Shown here one piece after another: positions 9,403-16,914 of a DNA stretch of 64,000 bases (position 1 is its first letter; every line of letters begins with the position of its first letter). Below the pieces are notes generated by a model that saw only the letters and a program-made list of their open reading frames with translations, was not told the DNA's origin and made no database searches. Made by a program: the position numbers and the translations under genes. The stretch comes from Dehalococcoidia bacterium. GTDB lineage: Bacteria; Chloroflexota; Dehalococcoidia; UBA2979. Location: assembly GCA_964291495.2 (NCBI GenBank), contig OZ219871.1, positions 1,568,001 through 1,632,000 on the forward strand, in the 5' to 3' direction.

Positions 9403-9783
9403 TTAGCGCTCATCGGGGAGCTGCAGCAGCTGCAGCGTGTTGCCGTCCGGGTCCGCGAAGGTGGCGACGAGGCCGCCCCACGGCTCGCGCCCGGGCGCCC
9501 GGCTGAAGGCGACGCCCGCCTCGACCAGGCGGGCGTATTCGGCCTCGATGTCCTCGACGGCGAAGTTGATCATCACGCGCAGCGGGTCGGGAGCCGCCCC
9601 GGCGACATCCTGGTGGACCGCGACGGTGAGGCGCAGGCCGCCCCACTCGAAGTCGACGTGGTTCGCGCGGTCGGCGCGCGGGGCGAGGCCGAGCGTCTCC
9701 ACGTAGAAGTCGCGCAGCGCCCGGAAGCGCGCCGCCTCGGTCCAGACGAGGACGCCGTTGACGGGGCCGAGGCCGCTAGCCAT
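9403..9783 (-). CDS. VOC family protein
   Basis: FYVETLGL, MINFAVEDIEAEYARL, PWGGLVATFADPDGNTLQL; start trimmed to ATG 9783. Confidence 0.85.
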   Translation of the reverse strand: MASGLGPVNGVLVWTEAARFRALRDFYVETLGLAPRADRANHVDFEWGGLRLTVAVHQDVAGAAPDPLRVMINFAVEDIEAEYARLVEAGVAFSRAPGREPWGGLVATFADPDGNTLQLLQLPDER

Positions 9784-9848
9784 TCGCTCGCTCCTTCGCC
9801 CGCGATCGTCCGGGCGCGGCCGCGAGGACGCAAGCGCGGCGCCGGAGT

Positions 9849-9886
9849 CCCCCTCACCCTCACCCTCTCCCGCCGGGGGAGAGGGG
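9849..9886. repeat. Palindromic repeat family A
   Basis: CCCCCTCACCCTCACCCTCTCCCGCCGGGGGAGAGGGG. Confidence 0.8.
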
Positions 9887-10052
9887 ACCGGACCGGCCTC
9901 GACGGGCTGCGCCGCGTGCGGCGGACTGACCCGCTCCCTCGGGGAGCGGGGGCCGGACCGGCCAGTCCCGCCGGGGCAGGAGGCGTTGCCGACGGCGCGC
10001 CGGTGCGGCATCGTGACGCCTCGGAGTGCGCGAGCGGGCAAGGAGGAGCGCG

Positions 10053-10895
10053 ATGGGCAAGCTGGACGGGAAAACCGCGATCGTGACCGGCGCAAGCCGC
10101 GGCATCGGCAAGGCCATCGCCGAGCTGTTCGCCGCCGAGGGCGCCAACGTCGCCTGCGTCGCGCGCACCGTGAACGAGGGCGACAGCCGCGCGCCCGGCG
10201 CGCTGACGACCACCCTCGACGGCATCCGCGCCCGCGGCGGCGAGGCGACGATGGTGGTCGCCAACATCGGCGAGGAGGAGGAGTGCCTGCGCCTCGTCGA
10301 GGAGACGCGCGCCGCGTACGGGCCGGTCGACATCCTCGTGAACAACGCGGTTATGAACTTCGCGCATCCGGTCTGGGAGTTCCCGACGAAGCGCTGGATG
10401 ATCGGTTTCGCGGTGAACATCCACGCACCGTTCGTGCTTGCCCGCGAGACGATCCCGGACATGCGCGCCCGGGGCGGCGGGGCGATCGTCAACATCTCCT
10501 CGGGCGTCGCGATCGGGCCCGGCCGCGGGCCCTACGAGCGGTCCGGTTGGGACGGGATGGGCGTGCTCTACGGCTCCACGAAGGCGGCGCTCGAGCGATT
10601 CACGCAGGGCCTCGCGGCGGAGCTCTCGGTGGACAACATCGCCGTGAGCGCGCTCTCGCCCTCGCAGGCGGTGTTCACGGAGGGGGCGCTGCTCTTCAAC
10701 AAGCCCTCGCCGGACCTGCCGAGCGAGCCCGCCTCGACGATGGCGGAGGCGACGCTGCTGCTGGCGACCGAGCCGCCCGAGCGCGTCAACGGCCGCGTCT
10801 GCTACAGCCAGCAGATCCTGCAGGAGTTCGGCTGGATCGAGGAAGGCCACGGCATGGGCGTCGACGCACCCGGCTCGGGCTACTCGCAGCAATAG
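10053..10895 (+). CDS. SDR oxidoreductase (different subfamily)
   Basis: TGASRGIG, NNA, NISS, YGSTK; AGGAGG RBS. Confidence 0.9.
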   Translation: MGKLDGKTAIVTGASRGIGKAIAELFAAEGANVACVARTVNEGDSRAPGALTTTLDGIRARGGEATMVVANIGEEEECLRLVEETRAAYGPVDILVNNAVMNFAHPVWEFPTKRWMIGFAVNIHAPFVLARETIPDMRARGGGAIVNISSGVAIGPGRGPYERSGWDGMGVLYGSTKAALERFTQGLAAELSVDNIAVSALSPSQAVFTEGALLFNKPSPDLPSEPASTMAEATLLLATEPPERVNGRVCYSQQILQEFGWIEEGHGMGVDAPGSGYSQQ

Positions 10896-10919
10896 TCGGG
10901 TGCGGTCGCCGGCCCGCGG

Positions 10920-11156
10920 CTAGATCGGGAGCTCCTCGGAGTCCTCGCCGCGCGCGAGGTAGACCTCGCGGATCGCGGCGTCGAGGTCGTCCTTGTCGGC
11001 GTAGCGGCGCGGCGCGATCGCGTCGAGGATCGCGAACACCTCGCGGTCGATGCCGCCCACCATGCGCGAGCGGCGCACGATCTCGTCCTTCGAAGCAGGG
11101 AATACCAGCCCGGCAAAGGCGTTGCGGTAGTCCACTCTGCTGGCGTGGATGACCAT
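10920..11156 (-). CDS. DUF2795-like small protein
   Basis: AFAGLVFPASKDEIV...ILDAIAPRRYADKDDL pattern. Confidence 0.7.
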   Translation of the reverse strand: MVIHASRVDYRNAFAGLVFPASKDEIVRRSRMVGGIDREVFAILDAIAPRRYADKDDLDAAIREVYLARGEDSEELPI

Positions 11157-11249
11157 CGGCGACCTCCAGACGGAATCTTTGCCGCTCGCGGCGTCTTGGG
11201 CAACCCCGCCGCCGGGATCGGTGACGGACGGGGCTGCTATCGTGCGCCC

Positions 11250-11399
11250 ATGCCGTACCGCAGCGGGCCGATCAGCGCGGGTTGCCGCCACTGCGGGACG
11301 ACGACCTCGCGCGCCTGCATGCGCTGCGCGCACCCCGTCTGCGAGGCCTGCGAGCAGACCCACGACGAGACCTTCCCGCACAAGGACTACACCGGCTGA
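11250..11399 (+). CDS. 49-aa Cys-rich zinc-finger microprotein (B-box-like)
   Basis: CxxC-x7-CxxC-x4-CxxC-x3-H; TGC-TATCGT 6 nt before ATG (leaderless pattern). Confidence 0.65.
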   Translation: MPYRSGPISAGCRHCGTTTSRACMRCAHPVCEACEQTHDETFPHKDYTG

Positions 11400-11431
11400 G
11401 CGCCGGGCAGGGACGAGCACAAGGAGCGGCG

Positions 11432-12292
11432 ATGCGCTACGGAGCGATCTTCCCCCAGACCGAGATCGGGACCGACCCGATCGCGATCCGCGACTACGCG
11501 CAGGCGGTCGAAGGCCTCGGCTATGACTACCTGCTCGCCTACGACCACGTGCTCGGCGCGGACCCCGAGGGGCGCGAGGGCCGCTGGCCCTACACCTACC
11601 TGAGCACCTTCCACGAGCCGTTCGCGCTCTTCTCCTACCTCGCCGGCCTGACCGAGCGCATCGAGTTCATCAGCGGCGTGATCATCCTGCCGCAGCGCCA
11701 GACCGCGCTCGTTGCGAAACAGGCGGCGGTGGTGGACATCCTCAGCGGCGGCCGGCTGATCCTCGGCGTCGGCAGCGGCTGGAACTACCTCGAGTACGAG
11801 TCGCTGGGCGAGGATTTCCACACGCGCGGACGACGCCTCGAGGAGCAGGTGGGGCTGCTGCGGCGGCTCTGGTCGGAGCCGCTCGTGGAGTTCGAGGGCG
11901 AGTTCGACCGCGTGCCGGCCGCGGGCATCAACCCGCGCCCCGGCCGCCTGATCCCGATCTGGATGGGCGGCACCGCACCCGTCGTGCTCGACCGCATCGG
12001 GCGCATCGGCGACGGCTGGGTCGCCGGGCGCGGCGACATCGACCAGGTCGCGAGCAGCGTCGAGGCGATCCGCGAGGCGGCGGAGCGGGCGGGTCGCGAC
12101 CCCTCGGAGATCGGTATCGGCGCGTCCATCTCGTACCACCGCACACCCGGGGAGCAGGTCGCCTTCGCCGCCCGGCTGGAGGCGGCCGGAGCGGACCGCC
12201 TGCACGTGCTGACGATGGACATCGGCCTCGAGACCCCGGGCGATCACATCGACGCGCTGCGCGCCTTCATCGAGGCCGCCCGCGGCTCGTGA
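11432..12292 (+). CDS. LLM class F420-dependent oxidoreductase
   Basis: GAIFPQTEIG, LAYDHVLG, FHEPF, ILPQRQTALVAKQAA, GVGSGWN; AAGGAG RBS. Confidence 0.9.
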   Translation: MRYGAIFPQTEIGTDPIAIRDYAQAVEGLGYDYLLAYDHVLGADPEGREGRWPYTYLSTFHEPFALFSYLAGLTERIEFISGVIILPQRQTALVAKQAAVVDILSGGRLILGVGSGWNYLEYESLGEDFHTRGRRLEEQVGLLRRLWSEPLVEFEGEFDRVPAAGINPRPGRLIPIWMGGTAPVVLDRIGRIGDGWVAGRGDIDQVASSVEAIREAAERAGRDPSEIGIGASISYHRTPGEQVAFAARLEAAGADRLHVLTMDIGLETPGDHIDALRAFIEAARGS

Positions 12293-12315
12293 GCGGAAAC
12301 GCCGAGCCGTCCGGG

Positions 12316-12762
12316 CTAGCCCTCGCCCATCATCTGAGCCATGCGCTCCGCCATCTGCTCGGGCGTGACGTCCTCGACGTGCGTGGCGATCGACCAGGCG
12401 TTGCCGCCCGGATCGAGGACGCGACCGATGCGCTCGCCGTAGAACTGGTCCTCGGGCTCGGCCACGGCAGTGGCGCCCGCGCTCACGGCCTGGGCGTAGA
12501 CGCCGTCGACGTCCTCGACGTAGAGGTGGATCTGCGCCTGGGTGGGCGGGAACTCGGGGGGCATCGCGGAGCCGAGCATCACCGCGGCGCCGCCGATCTC
12601 GACCTCGGCGTGGGCGACGGAGCCGTCAGGCATGGGCATGCGCATACGCTCGACTGCGCCGAAGGCGTTGGTCAGGAATTCGATCAGGCCCGAGGCGTCC
12701 TCGGCCACGAGGTAGGGCGTGATCGCGGTGTAACCGTCCGGGATGGGCTGAACGTCTGGCAT
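12316..12762 (-). CDS. VOC family protein (PhnB-like)
   Basis: IPDGYTAITPYL, HAEVEIG, LYVEDVD, DQFYGER, DPGGNAWSIATH; AAGGAGG RBS. Confidence 0.9.
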   Translation of the reverse strand: MPDVQPIPDGYTAITPYLVAEDASGLIEFLTNAFGAVERMRMPMPDGSVAHAEVEIGGAAVMLGSAMPPEFPPTQAQIHLYVEDVDGVYAQAVSAGATAVAEPEDQFYGERIGRVLDPGGNAWSIATHVEDVTPEQMAERMAQMMGEG

Positions 12763-12792
12763 GATTCCTCCTTGCTAGATCGGGCAGGATAG

Positions 12793-12808
12793 TAGCACAT
12801 GTGGTCTA
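12793..12808. promoter_or_regulatory. Possible LexA (GAAC-N4-GTTC type) box adjacent to the -10 of the VOC gene
   Basis: TAGACCACATGTGCTA on the minus strand, 2 mismatches from TAGAAC-N4-GTTCTA, 1 nt upstream of TATCCT. Confidence 0.35.
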
Positions 12809-12893
12809 ACGAGCAACGTAGTCCGGTGCGCCAACCATGCGGCCGGCTTGCGGTAGTCTCGAGTCGCGAATCCGGGACGGGAGGGAGCGGCCG

Positions 12894-13385
12894 ATGACGT
12901 CCGGCGACGACCCCGGCGCGCGCGCCCTCGCGGTGCTCGCCGCCCTCGGCGAGCCGTACGAGTTGATCGAAGTGGATCCGGAGCTGGCGGACACGGCGGC
13001 GTTCTGCGAGCACTACGGCTACCCGCCGGAGACCTCGGGCAACACGATCATCGTCGTCTCCCGGCGCGGCGAGCTGCGCTACTGCGCCTGCCTCGTGCTC
13101 GCGACGACGCGGCTTGACGTGAATCACGCGGTGCGCCCGCTGCTGGGCGTGCGCAAGGCCTCGTTCGCCTCGCCCGAGCAGACGCGCGAGCTGACCGGGA
13201 TGCTGATCGGCGGCGTCACCCCGTTCGGCCTGCCCGACGACCTGCCGCTCTACATCGACGAGCGTGTGATGGACCTGGACGAGGTGATCGTGGGCGGCGG
13301 CGGCCGCTCGACGAAGCTCTCCGTCGCGCCCTCGGCGCTGCTGCGCCTTCCGAACGTGGAGGTCGTGTCCGGCCTCGCGCTGTAG
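12894..13385 (+). CDS. YbaK/EbsC aminoacyl-tRNA deacylase family protein
   Basis: KASFAS...TGMLIGGVTPFGLP...GGGGRSTK. Confidence 0.88.
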   Translation: MTSGDDPGARALAVLAALGEPYELIEVDPELADTAAFCEHYGYPPETSGNTIIVVSRRGELRYCACLVLATTRLDVNHAVRPLLGVRKASFASPEQTRELTGMLIGGVTPFGLPDDLPLYIDERVMDLDEVIVGGGGRSTKLSVAPSALLRLPNVEVVSGLAL

Positions 13386-13398
13386 CGAGCCTCCGAAT

Positions 13399-13550
13399 CC
13401 CCTCTCCCCTGGCGGGAGAGGGTTAGGGTGAGGGGGATTCCGGGCACCCTCGATACTGTCGTCGCCCCTCGCAAGTCCCGATTGGCCGCCGGCGCGGCCC
13501 CCCCTCACTCCCGCCCTCCGGTCCCCTCGCCCGCGGAGGGGAAAGGGGAC
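13399..13550. repeat. Family A repeats (one good copy, one degenerate inverted copy) between convergent genes
   Basis: CCCCTCTCCCCTGGCGGGAGAGGGTTAGGGTGAGGGGG at 13399-13436; degenerate copy at about 13499-13548. Confidence 0.75.
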
Positions 13551-13633
13551 CGGATCCACCCCCGGCGCCACTGAGGTCGAGTCGGTGGGTTAGCCGCGCG
13601 GGACGTATACAGCGAGCGGGGTCGGGAGAGCGC

Positions 13634-14089
13634 CTAGTTGCGGCGGTCGCGGAAGGGGTCCGTTTCCGCCGAGCGCGAGACGAGGAAGCGCGCGATCGCG
13701 CTGGCGTGGTGGTGCGCGATGCGCCACTCGCCGCCCTCGAGGACGAAGACGTTGGTCGCCTCGATCGGTGCGCCCTGCACGATCTCGCGGCAGAGCACGA
13801 TCGCCGTGTCGCCCAGACGGTGCGCGACGGCGTCCCGCACCTCGATGCTCGGCGCGTCCGGGTTGGTGAGGATGCCTTCCCAGCTCTTCAGCACGTCCTC
13901 GCGCCCGGTCAGGACCGTCCAGGCGGGGTGTGTGCAGGCGACGGGCGCCTCACGCGCCCAGATCCGGCCCATCGCCTCCAGATCGCGCTCGGCGAAGGCG
14001 CGGTAGAAGGCCGCGTTCGCCTCGAGGACGGCGTCATCGCCGCTGTCCTGCTCGCCCTCCGCGCCGCGCCGGGCGGGCTCGTCGGTCAT
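13634..14089 (-). CDS. NTF2/SnoaL-like protein
   Basis: ANAAFYRAFAERDLEAM..W, CTHPAW..L.GR..V..SW, ATNVF, WRIAHHHAS. Confidence 0.88.
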   Translation of the reverse strand: MTDEPARRGAEGEQDSGDDAVLEANAAFYRAFAERDLEAMGRIWAREAPVACTHPAWTVLTGREDVLKSWEGILTNPDAPSIEVRDAVAHRLGDTAIVLCREIVQGAPIEATNVFVLEGGEWRIAHHHASAIARFLVSRSAETDPFRDRRN

Positions 14090-14664
14090 GGCGTCGCAAT
14101 CTTGGCGACCGAGTCTCCGGCGCGAATCGCGCCCGACTGCACGACGCGGGTGTTGACGCCGCGGAGGCGCATCGCCATCGCCTCGGCTGTGCTGACGAAG
14201 CGCAGCGCGTCATGGCCGAAGCGCGAGGCGAACTTGAGGCAGCCGGTGTGGGGCTTCTCGGTGACCTCGATCACCGCCGATCCGATGGAGAGCCGGGTCC
14301 CGGGAGGCAGGTTCTCCGCGCTCACGTCGAGGTCGATCACGAGCTGGTCGCCCGCGAGCGGCCAGCGCTCCCGCGACCGCGCCACGAGGTCGAGCATGCG
14401 CGAGTTGATGATCGTTACCTGCGCGAGGGGATGCGGTCCGCCGTCGGCGCTGCTGCTGCTCGGGCGGTCCTGCCAGCTGTCCCCGACGACGCCGACCGCA
14501 ACGTCGAGGCGGGCTTCCTCCACGACCTCGCGCTCGTCGATGCCGGGCCGCCGCACGATCATCATCAGCGCGCCGCCGTCCGCCGGTGAGCGGCGGATCT
14601 CCTCGAGTCCGGCCTCGAGGCGCTCGAGGTCGAGGTGCTCGGCTACGTCCGTCGAATCAACCAT
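14086..14664 (-). CDS. MOSC domain protein
   Basis: LAGDQLVIDLDVS.ENLPPGTRL.IG, PHTGCLKF, RLRGVN; start trimmed to ATG 14664. Confidence 0.88.
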   Translation of the reverse strand: MVDSTDVAEHLDLERLEAGLEEIRRSPADGGALMMIVRRPGIDEREVVEEARLDVAVGVVGDSWQDRPSSSSADGGPHPLAQVTIINSRMLDLVARSRERWPLAGDQLVIDLDVSAENLPPGTRLSIGSAVIEVTEKPHTGCLKFASRFGHDALRFVSTAEAMAMRLRGVNTRVVQSGAIRAGDSVAKIATP

Positions 14665-14757
14665 CTGCTCGCCCGCCCCGCGTGCGGCCTGCGCCGACGC
14701 TTGCCCGCTGGCCGCCCCGACAGGGTACCCTGCGCGCGCGAGCGAGGAGCTGCGGCA

Positions 14758-15507
14758 ATGCCGGACCTGCTGTACGAGAAGCGCGACGACTACGCGATCT
14801 TCACCTACAACCGCCCCGAGCGGCTTAACGCCCTCGGCGGTCAGCTGATCAACCAGCTGACCGAGGCGATCGAGGACTTCACCGAAGACCCGAAGATGCG
14901 CGTCGGGATCGTCACCGGTTCCGGGCGCGCGTTCTGCGCCGGCGGCGACCTCAAGGAGATGGCCGAGGGGACCTTCAAGGGGCAGTTCGAGGCGACCTAC
15001 CCGTACTCGGGGAACTCGAAGCCGTTCATCGCGGCGATCAACGGGCTCGCCGTCGGCGGTGGGCTGGAGACCGCGCTCGATTGCGACATCCGGATCTGCT
15101 CGACGGCCGCCTACTTCGGCCTGTTCGAGCCGAAGCGCGGGATCATGGCCGGCTACGCCACGAAGCACCTCGCGAGGGTGATCGGGCTCTCCGCCGCCAA
15201 CTACATTCTGCTCACTGCCGACCGCATCGAGCCGCAGCAGGCGCTCGAGTGGGGCATCGTGACCGAGGTGCTGGAGCCGGAGGCGCTGATGCCTCGCGCG
15301 ATCGAGATCGCGGAGATGATCGTCGAGAACGCCCCGCTCTCGGTGGAAGGCACGAAGGCGCAGATCCAGGAATGGCGCCTCGCCAAGATCGACGAGTCGC
15401 TGCGGCTCGGTCAGTGGGTAAGCAAGGTCGTGCACGCCTCGGAGGACTCGAAGGAGGGCCCGAAGGCCTTCGCCGAGAAGCGCGACCCCGTCTGGAGAGG
15501 CGGGTAG
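14758..15507 (+). CDS. Enoyl-CoA hydratase/isomerase family protein
   Basis: NRPERLNAL, AFCAGGDLKE, KPFIAAINGLAVGGGLE, FGLFEPKRG. Confidence 0.92.
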   Translation: MPDLLYEKRDDYAIFTYNRPERLNALGGQLINQLTEAIEDFTEDPKMRVGIVTGSGRAFCAGGDLKEMAEGTFKGQFEATYPYSGNSKPFIAAINGLAVGGGLETALDCDIRICSTAAYFGLFEPKRGIMAGYATKHLARVIGLSAANYILLTADRIEPQQALEWGIVTEVLEPEALMPRAIEIAEMIVENAPLSVEGTKAQIQEWRLAKIDESLRLGQWVSKVVHASEDSKEGPKAFAEKRDPVWRGG

Positions 15508-15509
15508 CG

Positions 15510-16260
15510 CCTACCCCTCCGGCCTCTCTCCCGAATCCGTCGAGGGCGCGGGCGCCACGCGTCCCCTCCGGCCCCCTCCAAGTCTGTCGAGGGTGCCCCG
15601 CCTCCCTTCCGGCCCCCTCTCCCTGAGGGAGAGGGGGGTGAGGGAGGCGCACGCCGGCGCGACGTCCGCCTCAATCGATGGTTGCGCCCTCGAGGGCTCG
15701 TGCCCGTCGGGCGTCGGAGAGCGCGCGCTGCGCGCGGCTCTGCCCGCCCACCCGCCCTCAATGGCTGCGGGGCTGCGCCCCGCGCCCCCCTTCCGTGGGG
15801 GCTCTGCCCCCACACCCCACTGCTGCACGCCGCGAAGCCTTGAGGGTTGGTTCCTGCCCCCTCTCCCCTGGCGGGAGAGGGTGGGGGTGAGGGGGACTGC
15901 CACACATCCTGAAGGCAGCGAGTCTGCCGAGGGCGCACGGCGTCACGAGGGCGTTCCGGCCCCCGTTCCCGTCATTCCGGCGAAAGCCGGAATCCAGCGC
16001 GAGCCGCGCAGCCTGCTCGCCCCACGCCCGCCGGGAAAAAGCCCACGGAAGCGCAACGACCGATCGAGCTGGCGCGCGGCGGCGGGCGCGCCCGCTCACC
16101 CCAACCCTCTCCCCCAGGAGAGGGGGCAGGAACGCGCACGAACCTCTCGAGGCGGCAGCTCCGTCGGCGGGGTTTCCCCCCACAAGGCACGGCTCTCCTC
16201 CAAGGAGAGGGGGCCGGATCGGTGCGCGAACCTCGCGAGGCGAGCAGCGGCGGGCGCTCC
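15510..16260. repeat. Mosaic cluster of palindromic repeats (families A, B, C, D)
   Basis: A at 15614, 15857, 16095; B GTCATTCCGGCGAAAGCCGGAATCCAG at 15971-15997; C at 15676-15820; D at 16051-16130. Confidence 0.85.
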
Positions 16261-16266
16261 TCGGGG

Positions 16267-16887
16267 CTATGCCTCGATCTGGGGCGGTCCGAAGGTGACG
16301 CCCGGCAGCGCCGTGTGCAGCGTGGCGCGGCGCTCGGCGAACGCCGCGTCGTCGAGCACGGGGGTTGAGGCGGCCTCGCGCGGGTCGGGGGGCAGGTCGG
16401 ACATCGGGGTCCAGGAGGTGCAGCCGGCGTAGTGCTCGCGCACCGGCACGGTGAGCGGCTCGGCGAGGCGGTGGACGCGCAGCACGAGCACGATCAGCGG
16501 CGCCTTCGGGCGCCAGCGGAAGCGCTGCTCTGCGTAGTCCGAGGTCCAGATGTGCTGCCCGTCGAGCGCGGCTACCTGGTCCGGCTCGGTCAGCGCCGCC
16601 GTCTCCTCGATCTCCGCCCAGGCGTCGATGCGCAGCTCACCGGTCGGCGGCGCCGAGGCCGCGACGGCCTCGATCAGCGGGCGCTCGGAGGGGCGGATCA
16701 GCTCCGGCCGCTGGTGCTCGTAGCTCTCGTAGAGCCAGAAGCGCGAGGCGCGCACGCGGAAGCGGTGGCCCTCCTCGCGGATACCGCCCTTGCGCAGATC
16801 GATGATCTGGCGGCCGTCGCGCAGCGCCCGCACAACGACCGCCCACTCCTTGAGCCCCGGATTCGCGAGGTCGGTCGTCGCCACCAT
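16267..16887 (-). CDS. DUF1802 family protein
   Basis: LKEWAVVVRAL..GRQII.LRKGGIRE, FWLY.SYEHQ, YAGCTSW. Confidence 0.85.
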   Translation of the reverse strand: MVATTDLANPGLKEWAVVVRALRDGRQIIDLRKGGIREEGHRFRVRASRFWLYESYEHQRPELIRPSERPLIEAVAASAPPTGELRIDAWAEIEETAALTEPDQVAALDGQHIWTSDYAEQRFRWRPKAPLIVLVLRVHRLAEPLTVPVREHYAGCTSWTPMSDLPPDPREAASTPVLDDAAFAERRATLHTALPGVTFGPPQIEA

Positions 16888-16914
16888 GTCCCGAGGATAC
16901 CCCGGCGCCTGCCG

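Noticed and set aside
13550-13630. Possible tRNA/tmRNA 3'-end fragment (CCCCCGGCGCCA)
   Set aside because: No TTCGA T-loop or cloverleaf.
15511-16432. ORFs across the repeat clusters containing PLTPTLS, VIPAKAGIQ or LDSGFRRND peptides
   Set aside because: These are translations of repeat families A and B, not proteins. The same peptides recur at 24.5, 29.1, 33.0 and 59.8 kb.
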